The notes under the pieces: model-generated
Database searches by the model: none
The model's input: only the letters and a program-made list of their open reading frames with translations
Told to the model about the DNA's origin: nothing
Shown here: piece after piece, positions 19,381-30,451 of the stretch
Numbering within the stretch: the first letter of the stretch is position 1
Layout: each line of letters starts with the position of its first letter
Made by a program: the position numbers and the translations under genes
Assembly (NCBI GenBank): GCA_042408595.1
Contig: JBHOQX010000107.1
Location: forward strand, 36,432 to 100,431
Direction of reading: 5' to 3'
DNA length: 64,000 nt
Source of the DNA: Roseiflexaceae bacterium
GTDB lineage: Bacteria; Chloroflexota; Chloroflexia; Chloroflexales; Roseiflexaceae

Positions 19381-21054
<1,674 letters not shown>

Positions 21055-21093
21055 GCAAACCTCAGGTACTTAAGCCGCTCTATGGCAAACAAC

Positions 21094-21123
21094 GCGCCCA
21101 TCAGTGTAGCACATGATGGGCGC
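21094..21123 (-). terminator. GC-rich hairpin (13-bp stem with one bulge, loop TAG) between the small ORF and the ettA start; candidate intrinsic terminator or leader element
   Basis: GCGCCCATCAGTG-TAG-CACATGATGGGCGC. On the minus strand it is followed by GTTGTTTGCC. Confidence 0.45.
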
Positions 21124-21150
21124 AGCGGGACGGGAACGCGCGTTGAGGGA

Positions 21151-21450
21151 TCAGGAACGATTCGCTCGCACCAGCCGCCGCAGCCGAAGGCGCAGCGCGC
21201 GCGCCAGCAGCGGGTCGGGCTCCGCTTCGGCCGCACGGAGCAGGTGTAGCGCCTCGGTGTGCCATGGCGCGTCGGCGTGCGGACAGACGAAACGATCGTG
21301 CGGGCGCTCCGTCTGGAGCACCGCCTCGCTGAACGAGGTCGGCCCCAGCCGCCCCCGCTTGACCTGGCACACAGCCCCGCAGACGCGGCAGGTCATCTGC
21401 TCGTACGCGCCTGGGTCAGGGAAGAAGGCGTCATAACTGCGCGTTGGCAT
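21151..21450 (-). CDS. Small hypothetical protein with a possible Cys/His zinc-ribbon (CxxC...CxH)
   Basis: 99-aa ORF co-directional with and downstream of mtnP. Motifs CRVCGAVC and CPH. No family recognised. Confidence 0.35.
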   Translation of the reverse strand: MPTRSYDAFFPDPGAYEQMTCRVCGAVCQVKRGRLGPTSFSEAVLQTERPHDRFVCPHADAPWHTEALHLLRAAEAEPDPLLARALRLRLRRLVRANRS

Positions 21451-21679
21451 GGTCAGCCTTTGAGGCTATGCCCCACCGCACGCCCGCAGAGGCCGGCGTC
21501 ATGGCCGGCCTGGCCGGCTGGGCGCCTCCTGCGTGATGCGGCAGGGAGAACGACAACCGGCAGGCCGGAACGACCCGGTGCCGGCCCGACAGGCGCAGTC
21601 GATTCGCTACGCTAGGCAGAACGTTGTCAAGTCGTAGTTCGATACGCAAAGCTAGACGCCCCCGGATCGCTGCCGCATC

Positions 21680-22552
21680 TCACCACCCCGCCAGGTACTT
21701 CCCCGCCAGCAACTCCACCTGCTGGCGTTTCTCCGGTGGGATGGCGCGCGGGTCGGTGATGATCGCCGTCGCCAGGGCATGGTGCGCCGGGCTGTCGAAG
21801 CCGTCGCCGATCAGCGGGACAGCCCGCCGTATCACCTCCTGGCTCAGCCGGGCGTTGGCCTGGAGCACCTTCACCACCGCCTCGACCGTCACAGCATCGT
21901 GGTCGGGGTGCCAGCAGTCGTAGTCGGTCACCATCGCCAGCGTGGCGTAGGCGATCTCGGCCTCGCGAGCCAGCTTGGCCTCCGGCAGTGCCGTCATGCC
22001 GATCAGGTCGTGGCCGCGGCGGCGGTTCTCCTCGCTCTCGGCCAGCGTCGAGAAGGCCGGCCCCTCGATCACCACCAGTGTCCCGCCGCGGTGGACGGTC
22101 GCGCCGGCCTCGCGGGCGGCCTGCTCCAGCAGATCCGACAGGCGCGCATCGAACGGCTTGTCGAACGCGATGTGGACGACCATCCCGCCGCCGAAGAAGG
22201 TGTCGTGCCGGAAGCCACGGGTACGGTCGTAGAGCTGGCTGGGGATGACGATGTGGCCGGGCGCGTAATCCTCGCGCAGGCTGCCGACCGCGCTGACCGA
22301 GATCAGAAAACGGACGCCGAGTTGCTTGAAGCCGTGGATGTTCGCCCGACTCGGCACCTCGCTCGGGGTGAGGCGGTGGCCGACGCCGTGGCGCGGCAGG
22401 AAGGCCACCCGCCGCCCGCTGATCGTGCCGAGCACGTAGGCGTCGCTTGGCGGGCCGAAGGGCGTGGCCAGTTCGACCCGCTCGATGTCGTCCAGTCCGT
22501 TCATCGCGTACAGCCCGCTTCCGCCGATCACGCCGATTGTTGCTTGAGGCAT
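21680..22552 (-). CDS. mtnP: S-methyl-5'-thioadenosine phosphorylase / PNP-family nucleoside phosphorylase
   Basis: IGVIGGSGLY, AFLPRHGVGHRLTPSEV, ISVSAVGSLRE. The start is at MPQATIGV (22552). Confidence 0.85.
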   Translation of the reverse strand: MPQATIGVIGGSGLYAMNGLDDIERVELATPFGPPSDAYVLGTISGRRVAFLPRHGVGHRLTPSEVPSRANIHGFKQLGVRFLISVSAVGSLREDYAPGHIVIPSQLYDRTRGFRHDTFFGGGMVVHIAFDKPFDARLSDLLEQAAREAGATVHRGGTLVVIEGPAFSTLAESEENRRRGHDLIGMTALPEAKLAREAEIAYATLAMVTDYDCWHPDHDAVTVEAVVKVLQANARLSQEVIRRAVPLIGDGFDSPAHHALATAIITDPRAIPPEKRQQVELLAGKYLAGW

Positions 22553-22785
22553 ATCTTGCTCCTTCCGGCGCGTAGTGCGCATCGATTGGACCACGCCGAC
22601 ACCCTCACCCCGTGTCTCTCCTTGAGAACCTGCCTGAACCGGGGCGGTGTGGCGGGCGCCGCCCCGCTTCAGGTAGCTTGTCAGCAGACGGCTAACTCAC
22701 TTAGCAGACGCCCGGCGCGATCGGCAGTATCCTGCCGCCGACCGACCGAACCACGGCGCGCCAGCGCCGCTAGCGGAGAAGACCT

Positions 22786-24777
22786 ATGGCACAGCGTAAA
22801 CGCGCGCTCATCACCGGCATCACCGGGCAGGACGGCTCGTACCTCGCCGAGCTGCTGCTAGAGCAGGGCTACGAGGTCATCGGTATGCTGCGCCGCTCCA
22901 GCACCGTCAATTTCGAGCGCATCCAGCATATTCAGGACCGCCTCACGCTTGTCACCGGCGACCTGCTGGACGAGGTGTCGCTCATCCACCTGCTGCGCGA
23001 GCACCGCCCTGCCGAAGTCTACAACCTGGCGGCCCAGAGCTTTGTGCAGACATCCTTCTCACAGCCGGTCTTCACCGGCGAGGTGACGGCGCTCGGCGTC
23101 ACCCGCATGCTCGACGCCATCCGGATCGCCGACCCAGACATCCGCTTCTACCAGGCCAGCTCCTCGGAGATGTTCGGCAAGGTCGTCGAGGTGCCGCAGC
23201 GCGAGACGACCCCATTTTACCCCCGCTCGCCCTATGGCGTCGCAAAGGTCTACGGGCACTGGATCACGGTCAACTATCGTGAGAGCTATGGCATGCACGC
23301 CAGCAGCGGGATTCTGTTCAACCACGAGTGCATCGCCAGCACGACGCCGCTCCTTGTTCGGCGCCAGGGGGTTGTTGATGTCGCCTTCCCCGACGAACTG
23401 GCGCCCGTGATCCGCAACGGGCGCCCGGTGCAGACAGTCGAACTGCGCGATGTCGAGATCTGGGATGGCGCGGTCTGGACGCCCGTGCGGTCGATCACCG
23501 CCACCCACCGCCGCACGACCGACCCGGATCATCAGATGCTCGGCGTGCAGGCGCGTGGCGGTGTCGTGACCGTCACCGCACACCACCACATGCTCGACGC
23601 GCAGCGCGAGATTGTCCCGGCGCACCGGCTGCACCCAGGCGACCGATTGGCCCTCGCTGACCGCGTGCCAGAATTGCCCGCCTGGACGGTCCTCACCACC
23701 GAATTCGCGGAACTTCTTGGCCTCCTTGCCGCGGGAGGCTCCATTCAGGGCGAGGAGCGCATTCAGTTTACCAATAACGACCCGACACTGCGCGCGCGTG
23801 TCGTCACTCTCTGGTCCCGGCTCTTCCTCGGCGCCGCCTCGACGTGCATCCTGCCATCCGGCTTCAATCCAGAGGGCCAGGTCGAGCAGGTCTCCCTGAC
23901 GGCGAGCCCGGCGCTCGCCCGGTGGCTGCGCTCGCAACTGTACCACGAGAGCGGCTACAAGCGGGTGCCGCAGCTCGTACTGAACGGCAGCCGTGCCATC
24001 CAGGACGCCTTCCTCGCCGGCTATTGCGCGGGCGATGGGCTGCAGGCCGGCAACGGTGAGAGCATCAAGACCAACAGCCCGCTCCTGGCGCAGGGGCTCT
24101 GGTGGCTCCATCGTGCCCAGGGACGGTCCTGCTCGGTCGATGTCGAGCACCGCGGCGAGGTTGCCTCTTACCAGCTCAACATCGGTACCGCCAACCTGCC
24201 TGGCGAGAAGGAGCAGCACCTGCGCAAACCGGCGGACGAGGTCCGGCGCGTCGAGCCGGTGCCGACCGCCGATCCTTGGGTGTTCGACCTGGAAACCGAA
24301 AGTGGCATCTTCTGCGCCGGGATCGGCGGAATCGTTGTGCACAACAGCCCGCGGCGCGGCCTTGAGTTCGTCACCCGCAAGATCACCCATGGCGTGGCCC
24401 GCATCAAGCTCGGCCTGGACCGCGAGCTGCGCCTGGGCAACCTCGACGCGCAGCGCGACTGGGGCTACGCCAAAGACTACGTCAGGGCGATGTGGCTGAT
24501 GCTCCAACAGGACACGCCGGGCGACTATGTCGTCGCCACCGGGACGACCCACACTGTGCGGCGCTTCTGCGAGCTGGCGTTCGAGGCAGCCGGCCTCGAC
24601 TACCGCGACTATGTGGTGCAGGACGAGCGCTTCTTCCGCCCGGCGGAAGTCGATCTGCTGGTCGGCGACCCATCCAAGGCGAAGGCGGTGCTCGGCTGGC
24701 AGCCGGAGACGACGTTCGAGGAGCTGGTGCAACGCATGGTCGAGAGCGACCTGGCGCTGCTGAGGGCCGGCCGCTGA
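22786..24777 (+). CDS. gmd: GDP-mannose 4,6-dehydratase interrupted in-frame by a 339-aa intein
   Basis: The exteins are colinear with Gmd (ITGITGQDGSYLAELLL ... GILFNHE | SPRRGLEFVTRKIT...). The insertion lies exactly at the NHE/SPRRG catalytic motif. Confidence 0.9.
   Translation: MAQRKRALITGITGQDGSYLAELLLEQGYEVIGMLRRSSTVNFERIQHIQDRLTLVTGDLLDEVSLIHLLREHRPAEVYNLAAQSFVQTSFSQPVFTGEVTALGVTRMLDAIRIADPDIRFYQASSSEMFGKVVEVPQRETTPFYPRSPYGVAKVYGHWITVNYRESYGMHASSGILFNHECIASTTPLLVRRQGVVDVAFPDELAPVIRNGRPVQTVELRDVEIWDGAVWTPVRSITATHRRTTDPDHQMLGVQARGGVVTVTAHHHMLDAQREIVPAHRLHPGDRLALADRVPELPAWTVLTTEFAELLGLLAAGGSIQGEERIQFTNNDPTLRARVVTLWSRLFLGAASTCILPSGFNPEGQVEQVSLTASPALARWLRSQLYHESGYKRVPQLVLNGSRAIQDAFLAGYCAGDGLQAGNGESIKTNSPLLAQGLWWLHRAQGRSCSVDVEHRGEVASYQLNIGTANLPGEKEQHLRKPADEVRRVEPVPTADPWVFDLETESGIFCAGIGGIVVHNSPRRGLEFVTRKITHGVARIKLGLDRELRLGNLDAQRDWGYAKDYVRAMWLMLQQDTPGDYVVATGTTHTVRRFCELAFEAAGLDYRDYVVQDERFFRPAEVDLLVGDPSKAKAVLGWQPETTFEELVQRMVESDLALLRAGR
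23329..24345 (+). mobile_element. Intein (339 aa) with a LAGLIDADG homing endonuclease domain inside gmd
   Basis: Begins with Cys (CIAST...) and ends with HN followed by a Ser +1. Block B T..H (VTAHHH). Block F/G VFDLETESG...GIVVHN. Two LAGLIDADG-like motifs (ELLGLLAAGGSI and AFLAGYCAGDGL). Confidence 0.85.
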
Positions 24778-24780
24778 GGC

Positions 24781-24854
24781 GGGGGCGCAGCGGCGCACAC
24801 CGGCATCGCACAGGGGCGTGGGGGCATCGCTGCCTCCCTGTGCGATGCGCCCCC
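24781..24854. terminator. Bidirectional hairpin between convergent gmd and the downstream minus-strand gene
   Basis: CATCGCACAGGG...CCCTGTGCGATG 12-bp inverted repeat nested inside GGGGGCGC...GCGCCCCC. Confidence 0.5.
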
Positions 24855-24860
24855 GAACCC

Positions 24861-25486
24861 CTACGCCGCCTGGCGCACCTGATCGGCGAAAATCCGGTCG
24901 AGGCGCTCCTTCTCGCGCAGGTAGACCGTCTCGACAAAGCGGGGCATGTCGCGCACGGGCTGGATCGCGGCGTAGCCGCGGCGCAGGAAGCGGTGAATGT
25001 CCGCCATGCCGACCGCCGCGGCGAGCTGCTCGGTGCGGTTGAGCGCTAGCCCGACCAACGGCCGACTCGAGATCCGGTGGACATTGTAGAGCGAATCGCG
25101 CACCAGGTCGAGCTGGCGCAGCCGCGCGCCGTAGTTGTCGGCGAGGCGATAGGCCCGCTCGTAGGTCGCCTCGTCGAAGTCGGGCGGCGCGCCGATCTGC
25201 AGCAGCAACCCGACGATCACGTCGTCGAGTTGATTCGACAGGTCCAGCAACTCCAGAACCTTTTCGACATCGCCGATATTCAGGCCCGGCGCCAGGTGAA
25301 CGAACTGCTGGAGCCGCCGGGCTTGCTGGTCGCGCGCCGTGAAGTCGCGCGGGCCGTACAGTTCCTCGAAGAAGAATGCGCCGAGGAGGCGGTACTGTGG
25401 CTCTTGCGCCAGGTCTGCGTGGTCGCGCCGTAATCGTTCCGACTGAAAGTGCTGCAACGCGAGCTTCATCGTTCGGGTGGACATGG
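24861..25486 (-). CDS. Hypothetical protein (~208 aa)
   Basis: Coding-like ORF immediately downstream of the TPR membrane protein on the same strand. No recognisable motif. The start is set at MSTRTMK. Confidence 0.45.
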
Positions 25487-25501
25487 CTCTCTGAAAAGCA
25501 G

Positions 25502-28500
25502 TTATGGACGGCCGCCGAGCCGCGTCAGCGCCGCGCGGGCTTCGCCGTCCCACGCCGCCGCGCCATCGAGCGCGAGCGCCTCGCGCAGCGAGCGCACCGC
25601 CTTATCGATCTTGCCGGCCTGCTCGGCCGCAAGCCCGAGGTAGAACTTCGCCTCGGCGTCGTCCGGGCGCTGGCTCACAGCCGCCTCGAACGCCCGCATC
25701 GCACGGTCCGGCTGCTGGCTGGCCAGGTAGGCGCGGCCCAACCAGTAGTGCGCGTCCGGGTTGTACGGCTGCAGCGCAACCGCCCGCTCCAGGTCGTGCA
25801 CCGCCGACGCCAGCCGCGACTCGCGCAGGTCGAGCCGCGCACGCAGATAGTAGGCCTCGGCGAGCGTGCTATCGTCGCGGATGGCGCGGGTGTACAGGCT
25901 GCGCGCCGTCGGCAGGTCGTTCTGGCGCTCGGCGATCAGCCCCTGCACGAGGCGTGCCGCGCCGACCTCGGCCCTGCTATCCAGCACGGCCTGGAGCGTG
26001 GCCGTCGCGCCGGCCAGGTCACCCGTGTCGAGTTGCGCCCGCGCCAGGCCGATCCGGGCCGCGGCATCGTTGGGTGCTTTCTGGAGCGCATGCTGGAAGT
26101 GCGCGATCGCGTCGCGTGGGGCGCCCTGCCGCCGCAGGGCCTCGCCCAGCGAGGTGTAGGGGCGCGGCGTGTCGGGCGCGGCTTCGATCGCTTTCTGGTA
26201 GTAGCTTTGGGCGACGGCAGGGCGGCCGCGGGCCAGCGCCACCCGCCCCATGCCGATATACGCGTCGGCCAGCTTGGGGTCGAGCTGCAGCGCCCGAGCG
26301 TAGCGCTGGTCGGCGTCATCGAGCTTATTATCGCGCAGAGCGATGTCGCCCAGGACCACCAGCGCGCGTGGGGCCTGTTCGCCCGAGAGCTTGAGGGCCC
26401 GGTCGGCCGCCGCACCGGCCTCGCGGACACGGCCGAGCTCCAGGTATACCGGCGCAAGCTGCTCCAGAACGGATATCCGCGCTGTGTCATCGGCGCTCTT
26501 GTCGAGCGCCCGTTCCAGCGCCCGCGCGGCAGTATCACTGTCGCCGAGCTGCCGGAAGTAGTCCCCGATCTCGCGCAGGGCGGCCGGGTCGTCGAGCCCA
26601 TCCGCGAGCGCCGCGGCATACTCCTCTTGGGCGGTTGCGGCCGCCGGCGGGGACTGGCGGGCCGCGATCCGGGCCAGCCCGAGGTGCGCCGCCGCCAGGT
26701 CGCGTTGGTGGTTAAGCGCGGCCAGGTACGCCTGCTGCGCTCCGGCGGTGTCGCCGACCTGGAGTAGCGCGTCGCCGAGCAGCACGGCGACTGTCGGATC
26801 GTCCGGGGCGAGCTGGTTGGCCCGCTCGAGCGCGGCGCGCGCCGCCGCCGGATTGCCGGCGGTGACGTAGAGCTGGCTCAACCGCTTCAGCGCGGGGACG
26901 GCCCGCCCCGCATCTGCGCTGTTCGCGTCCTCGAGCAGCAGCCGCTGCGCCTCATCGTAGCCGGCCGGCCCGCTGCCGATCAGGGCATCGACCAGCGCTT
27001 GCCTGTTCGCCGGCGTCACGAACTTCGCCGCCAGCCAGCGCCGTTGTTCGAGCGCTGTGGTTGGGTCCTTAAGCTCTTGCGCGAGGGTAGCCAGCCGCAT
27101 ACGCGCCGGGTAGTAGTCCGGGTTGAGCGCGATCGCCTGCCGCAGCAGGTCGGCGGCGCCCGTTTTGTCGCCCTTCGCCTCCAGGGCGCGTGCCTGGCCG
27201 TACAGCGGCTCGGGGCGCTGCGGCTCCTTGCGGGCGCAGGCCTCGAACTCCTTGCGCGCTTCGTCTGGCTGGCCGCCCGCCAGGTAGCTCTGAGCGATCA
27301 GCAGCCGAGTCTCGAACGTGTCGTTGCCTGCCTTGCGCAGCTCTTCCAGCCGGGCGCGCGCCCGCGCGGCCGGCGCGCGATCGCCGAAGAGCCATGACCA
27401 GAGGGCCGCCAGCCCGCTCGCCCGCGGCCGGGCCTCCGCCGTGGCCGCGCCGATGTCGGCGGCGGCGGCCAGCACCTGGCGCTGGCGCGACTCGCTGAGC
27501 GCCCGTTGCGCCTGGCCCTCGGCGATCTGGCTGGCCAGCTCGTCCCCGGCGGCGTCGCGCGCCAGGCCGTATTCGCGCCAGGCCCGCGCCACCGCGTCCG
27601 CGGCCCGGGCCGTGCCGTCCAGCGCGTCGCCAGCTGATGCGATCTCGCTGGCCGACGCCCCCTCGCCGAGCGCGAGGTCCCAGAGCAGCGGCCCGCGCGC
27701 GCCGGATGCCCGTGCCAGGGCAAACTGTGCTCGCGCCCCGTCCAGTTCGCTCCTCAGCACCTGCGCGAAGACCGTCTGGAGCGCGCGGCCCGCGGCCGCG
27801 TCGTCCGCCAGGCGATTAGCGTCTCCCAGATACGTTGTCGCCTGGCTGATCTCGCCGTTGCGCCAGGCGGTCTCCGCCAGCAGCAGCGAGAGCTCGGAGC
27901 TGGCCGGCAGCAGGTTCACCGCCGGCTCCAGCACATGCCTCGCTTCTTCGGGCTTGTTGTCGTCCAGGCTGATGCGCGCCAGGTTCACCCAAAGCGCGCC
28001 CAGGTCGCGGCCATTGAGGAGCTCCACCGCCCGCCCGAAGGCGATCCGCGCTCCCTCAAGGTCGCCGGCGTCCGTGAGCGCTACGCCGAGGTTGTTGGCG
28101 TAGATCGCCGCGCGCGGCGGCAGCGGGCCGGAGTCGCCCCGCGCGGCATCCGCAGCGGAGTCGAGCAGCCGGCGGTACTCGGCGGCGGCCTGCGCCGCGT
28201 CGCCGCGCGCCCAGAGCAGGTTCGCGCGCAGCATGCCGGGCAGGTCCGGCGCGAGCCCCGGTGCGTCGGTGGCGAGCTGGTCGAGCGTGGCGGCGGTGCC
28301 CCACTCGCCGGCGCCGTAGGCGCGAAGCGCGTCGAGCAGCCTGGGGAGGACGATCTGCCCGTTGATCGGCGCGACGGCCAGCGGCATGGCCGCCGGCTCG
28401 GCGAAGCGTGTCGAGTAGCCGACCCAGCTTCGTGGCGCGTACGGCCCGAGCGGGCGGTACACCAGCACCGGGACGAGCGCCTCCTGGTCGAGCAGGGCGC

Positions 28501-29062
28501 CCGGCGCGATCGAGCCGCTGATCAGGACATCGGCCTCCTCGCGCGCGAGCGCCGCCAGCGCCGCCGCGTCGTCGGGCGGGGCCTCGGCGAGCAGGCGGGC
28601 CTGGACGCGGCCGCCCGTGGCCTGGGGGAGCAACGCGGCGAGTTGCGCGGCAGCGGCGCGGCCCGTTGCGCCCGGCGCGCCAGTTCCATCGCGGAACGGG
28701 GCGATAAGCACCACAAAGTCGTCAGGCGTGGGGCCGATCAAGGCGGGAAGCTGCCACAGCCCGAACAGAACGAGCGCCGCCGCGGCCAGGCCGACCCCCA
28801 GGCGGCGCGGCCCCACCCGGCGCCACCAGGGCGTATCGGCGGGCAGGGTGCGGCGCGGCTGTTTCAGGCTGGTCCAGAGCATGCCGGCGCGGCGGCGGGC
28901 TGTGGCCCAGCGCGAGCCGCGCTCCATGATCGGGGAGACGACACCCTGGTGGATCAACTCCTGTTTGGCGGGTGGCGGCGGCCGGCGGAGTCGCTGGATC
29001 CAGAGCGCCACCACGATCGTTGCCAGCAGCAGGGCCATCAGCAGGATAATCAACTGCGCCAT
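25502..29062 (-). CDS. Large membrane-anchored TPR-repeat protein (1186 aa)
   Basis: N-terminal TM (LLMALLLATIVVALWI) and a second hydrophobic segment. The C-terminal ~800 aa are consecutive 34-aa TPR units (AxxxY/L...A..P repeats). Confidence 0.75.
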   Translation of the reverse strand: MAQLIILLMALLLATIVVALWIQRLRRPPPPAKQELIHQGVVSPIMERGSRWATARRRAGMLWTSLKQPRRTLPADTPWWRRVGPRRLGVGLAAAALVLFGLWQLPALIGPTPDDFVVLIAPFRDGTGAPGATGRAAAAQLAALLPQATGGRVQARLLAEAPPDDAAALAALAREEADVLISGSIAPGALLDQEALVPVLVYRPLGPYAPRSWVGYSTRFAEPAAMPLAVAPINGQIVLPRLLDALRAYGAGEWGTAATLDQLATDAPGLAPDLPGMLRANLLWARGDAAQAAAEYRRLLDSAADAARGDSGPLPPRAAIYANNLGVALTDAGDLEGARIAFGRAVELLNGRDLGALWVNLARISLDDNKPEEARHVLEPAVNLLPASSELSLLLAETAWRNGEISQATTYLGDANRLADDAAAGRALQTVFAQVLRSELDGARAQFALARASGARGPLLWDLALGEGASASEIASAGDALDGTARAADAVARAWREYGLARDAAGDELASQIAEGQAQRALSESRQRQVLAAAADIGAATAEARPRASGLAALWSWLFGDRAPAARARARLEELRKAGNDTFETRLLIAQSYLAGGQPDEARKEFEACARKEPQRPEPLYGQARALEAKGDKTGAADLLRQAIALNPDYYPARMRLATLAQELKDPTTALEQRRWLAAKFVTPANRQALVDALIGSGPAGYDEAQRLLLEDANSADAGRAVPALKRLSQLYVTAGNPAAARAALERANQLAPDDPTVAVLLGDALLQVGDTAGAQQAYLAALNHQRDLAAAHLGLARIAARQSPPAAATAQEEYAAALADGLDDPAALREIGDYFRQLGDSDTAARALERALDKSADDTARISVLEQLAPVYLELGRVREAGAAADRALKLSGEQAPRALVVLGDIALRDNKLDDADQRYARALQLDPKLADAYIGMGRVALARGRPAVAQSYYQKAIEAAPDTPRPYTSLGEALRRQGAPRDAIAHFQHALQKAPNDAAARIGLARAQLDTGDLAGATATLQAVLDSRAEVGAARLVQGLIAERQNDLPTARSLYTRAIRDDSTLAEAYYLRARLDLRESRLASAVHDLERAVALQPYNPDAHYWLGRAYLASQQPDRAMRAFEAAVSQRPDDAEAKFYLGLAAEQAGKIDKAVRSLREALALDGAAAWDGEARAALTRLGGRP

Positions 29063-29068
29063 CGCCGG

Positions 29069-30394
29069 TTACTCCTCCAGCCGTGCGAGCTGGCTGACGC
29101 ACGCCAGGAGCTGCTGAAACTGGAACGGCTGCTGAATGTACGCACGCGCCCCGTGCGCGAAGGCCACGTCTTCATCCTCCGCGCGTGGCGAGGTGATCAC
29201 CAGCGGCGTCGCTGGCGTGTCATTCCGGCATGTCTCGGCGAACTCCCACAGCGCATCGCCCAGGCGCGCATCCGCCAGAATCAACGCGACCGCTGGCTCG
29301 TGCGACAGGTAGGCGTTCGCCTGGGGTACGTCCGGCGCCGTGAGTACCCGGTACCCCTGCGCGCTCAGCGCGTTGCCAAGAAAGCCGGCGAGGTTGGCGT
29401 CCGGCACAAGCAGCAGCACCGTCGGCACCCGCCGCCCGCGCCGCTCCGCGTCCACCGGCTGGCCGTCCGGGCTGCGGATGTCGATCGCATAGGTGCTCCC
29501 GGGTTGGCGCTTGGCGAAGCGCTTCATTGCGGCGGCCACCCGGCTCACTTCTTCATGGTCGGCGTACTGCCGGTTGCGGTTGGTTGCCACGCCGATCGCC
29601 AGCGAGATGACCGGAAAGCGCCGGCCGAAGCCCTGGCGGTCCACACCCTGCAGGAAGCCGCGCTCCAGATCCGCCGGGTCGTACAGCGCCCGCGCTCGTT
29701 GGTCGAACAGCTTCAGGCTTTCGATACAGAGCGTCTCGACACGGTCGGGCGTCGTAAGGAAGGCGAAATCATCGCCACCGATATGGCCGAGGAAGTCGCT
29801 CGGGCCGCCGTGTGTCGCCAGAGTCTCGGAGAGGACCGTGGCCACCAGTTTGATCATGCGGTCGCCGCGGGCGTAGCCGTAGGTATCGTTGAACGCCTTG
29901 AAGTTGTTCAGATCGGCATGGCAGAGGGCGAACGGCTCGTCGCGGCGGACACGGCGCTTCAGTTCCTCGGTGAGCAGGATGTTGCCCGGCAGCCCGGTGA
30001 GCGGGTTGTTCACCGACGGCTGGGCGGCGCGGCGCAGATGGCTCTTGATGCGTGCCACCAGCTCCGGCACGTTGAACGGTTTGGTCACATAGTCGTCCGC
30101 GCCCGTCTCGAAGCCGAGCACGACGTCGGTGGGGGTCATGCGGGCGGTGAGGATCAGCGTGGGGATGTGCGCCGTGCGCGTGTCGTTGCGCAACTGGCGG
30201 ATGACTTCATAGCCGTCCACGCCGGGCATCATCAGATCGACGATCGCCATGTCCGGCACATATTCCTGCGCCAGCCGGATGCACTCGATGCCGTCCTCGG
30301 CCGCCAGCACCTCAAACCCCTGCTCCTCCAGCATCAACTGCAGCAGTTCGCGAATGGATGGTTGGTCGTCTGCGATCAGGATGCGTTTGGTCAT
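29069..30394 (-). CDS. Response regulator with a GGDEF diguanylate cyclase domain (REC-GGDEF-REC-like), GG(D/E)EF motif present as GGDDF
   Basis: REC domain (KRILIADDQPSIREL...DLMMPGVDGY...TARMT). GGDEF domain (LTGLPGN...RGDRMIKLVA...GHIGGDDFAFL). C-terminal REC-like fold. The start is moved to MTKRILIADD. Confidence 0.8.
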   Translation of the reverse strand: MTKRILIADDQPSIRELLQLMLEEQGFEVLAAEDGIECIRLAQEYVPDMAIVDLMMPGVDGYEVIRQLRNDTRTAHIPTLILTARMTPTDVVLGFETGADDYVTKPFNVPELVARIKSHLRRAAQPSVNNPLTGLPGNILLTEELKRRVRRDEPFALCHADLNNFKAFNDTYGYARGDRMIKLVATVLSETLATHGGPSDFLGHIGGDDFAFLTTPDRVETLCIESLKLFDQRARALYDPADLERGFLQGVDRQGFGRRFPVISLAIGVATNRNRQYADHEEVSRVAAAMKRFAKRQPGSTYAIDIRSPDGQPVDAERRGRRVPTVLLLVPDANLAGFLGNALSAQGYRVLTAPDVPQANAYLSHEPAVALILADARLGDALWEFAETCRNDTPATPLVITSPRAEDEDVAFAHGARAYIQQPFQFQQLLACVSQLARLEE

Positions 30395-30451
30395 AGATGA
30401 GCCGCGAGCGCCGGCGCGGGGCGCGATTAGGCGTATGCCGCTCGTCATCGG

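Noticed and set aside
23059-24798. 579-aa minus-strand ORF
   Set aside because: It is antisense to gmd plus its intein. It has no motifs.
25376-30400. Long plus-strand ORFs (25376..26767, 27935..30400)
   Set aside because: They are antisense to the TPR membrane protein and the REC-GGDEF gene.
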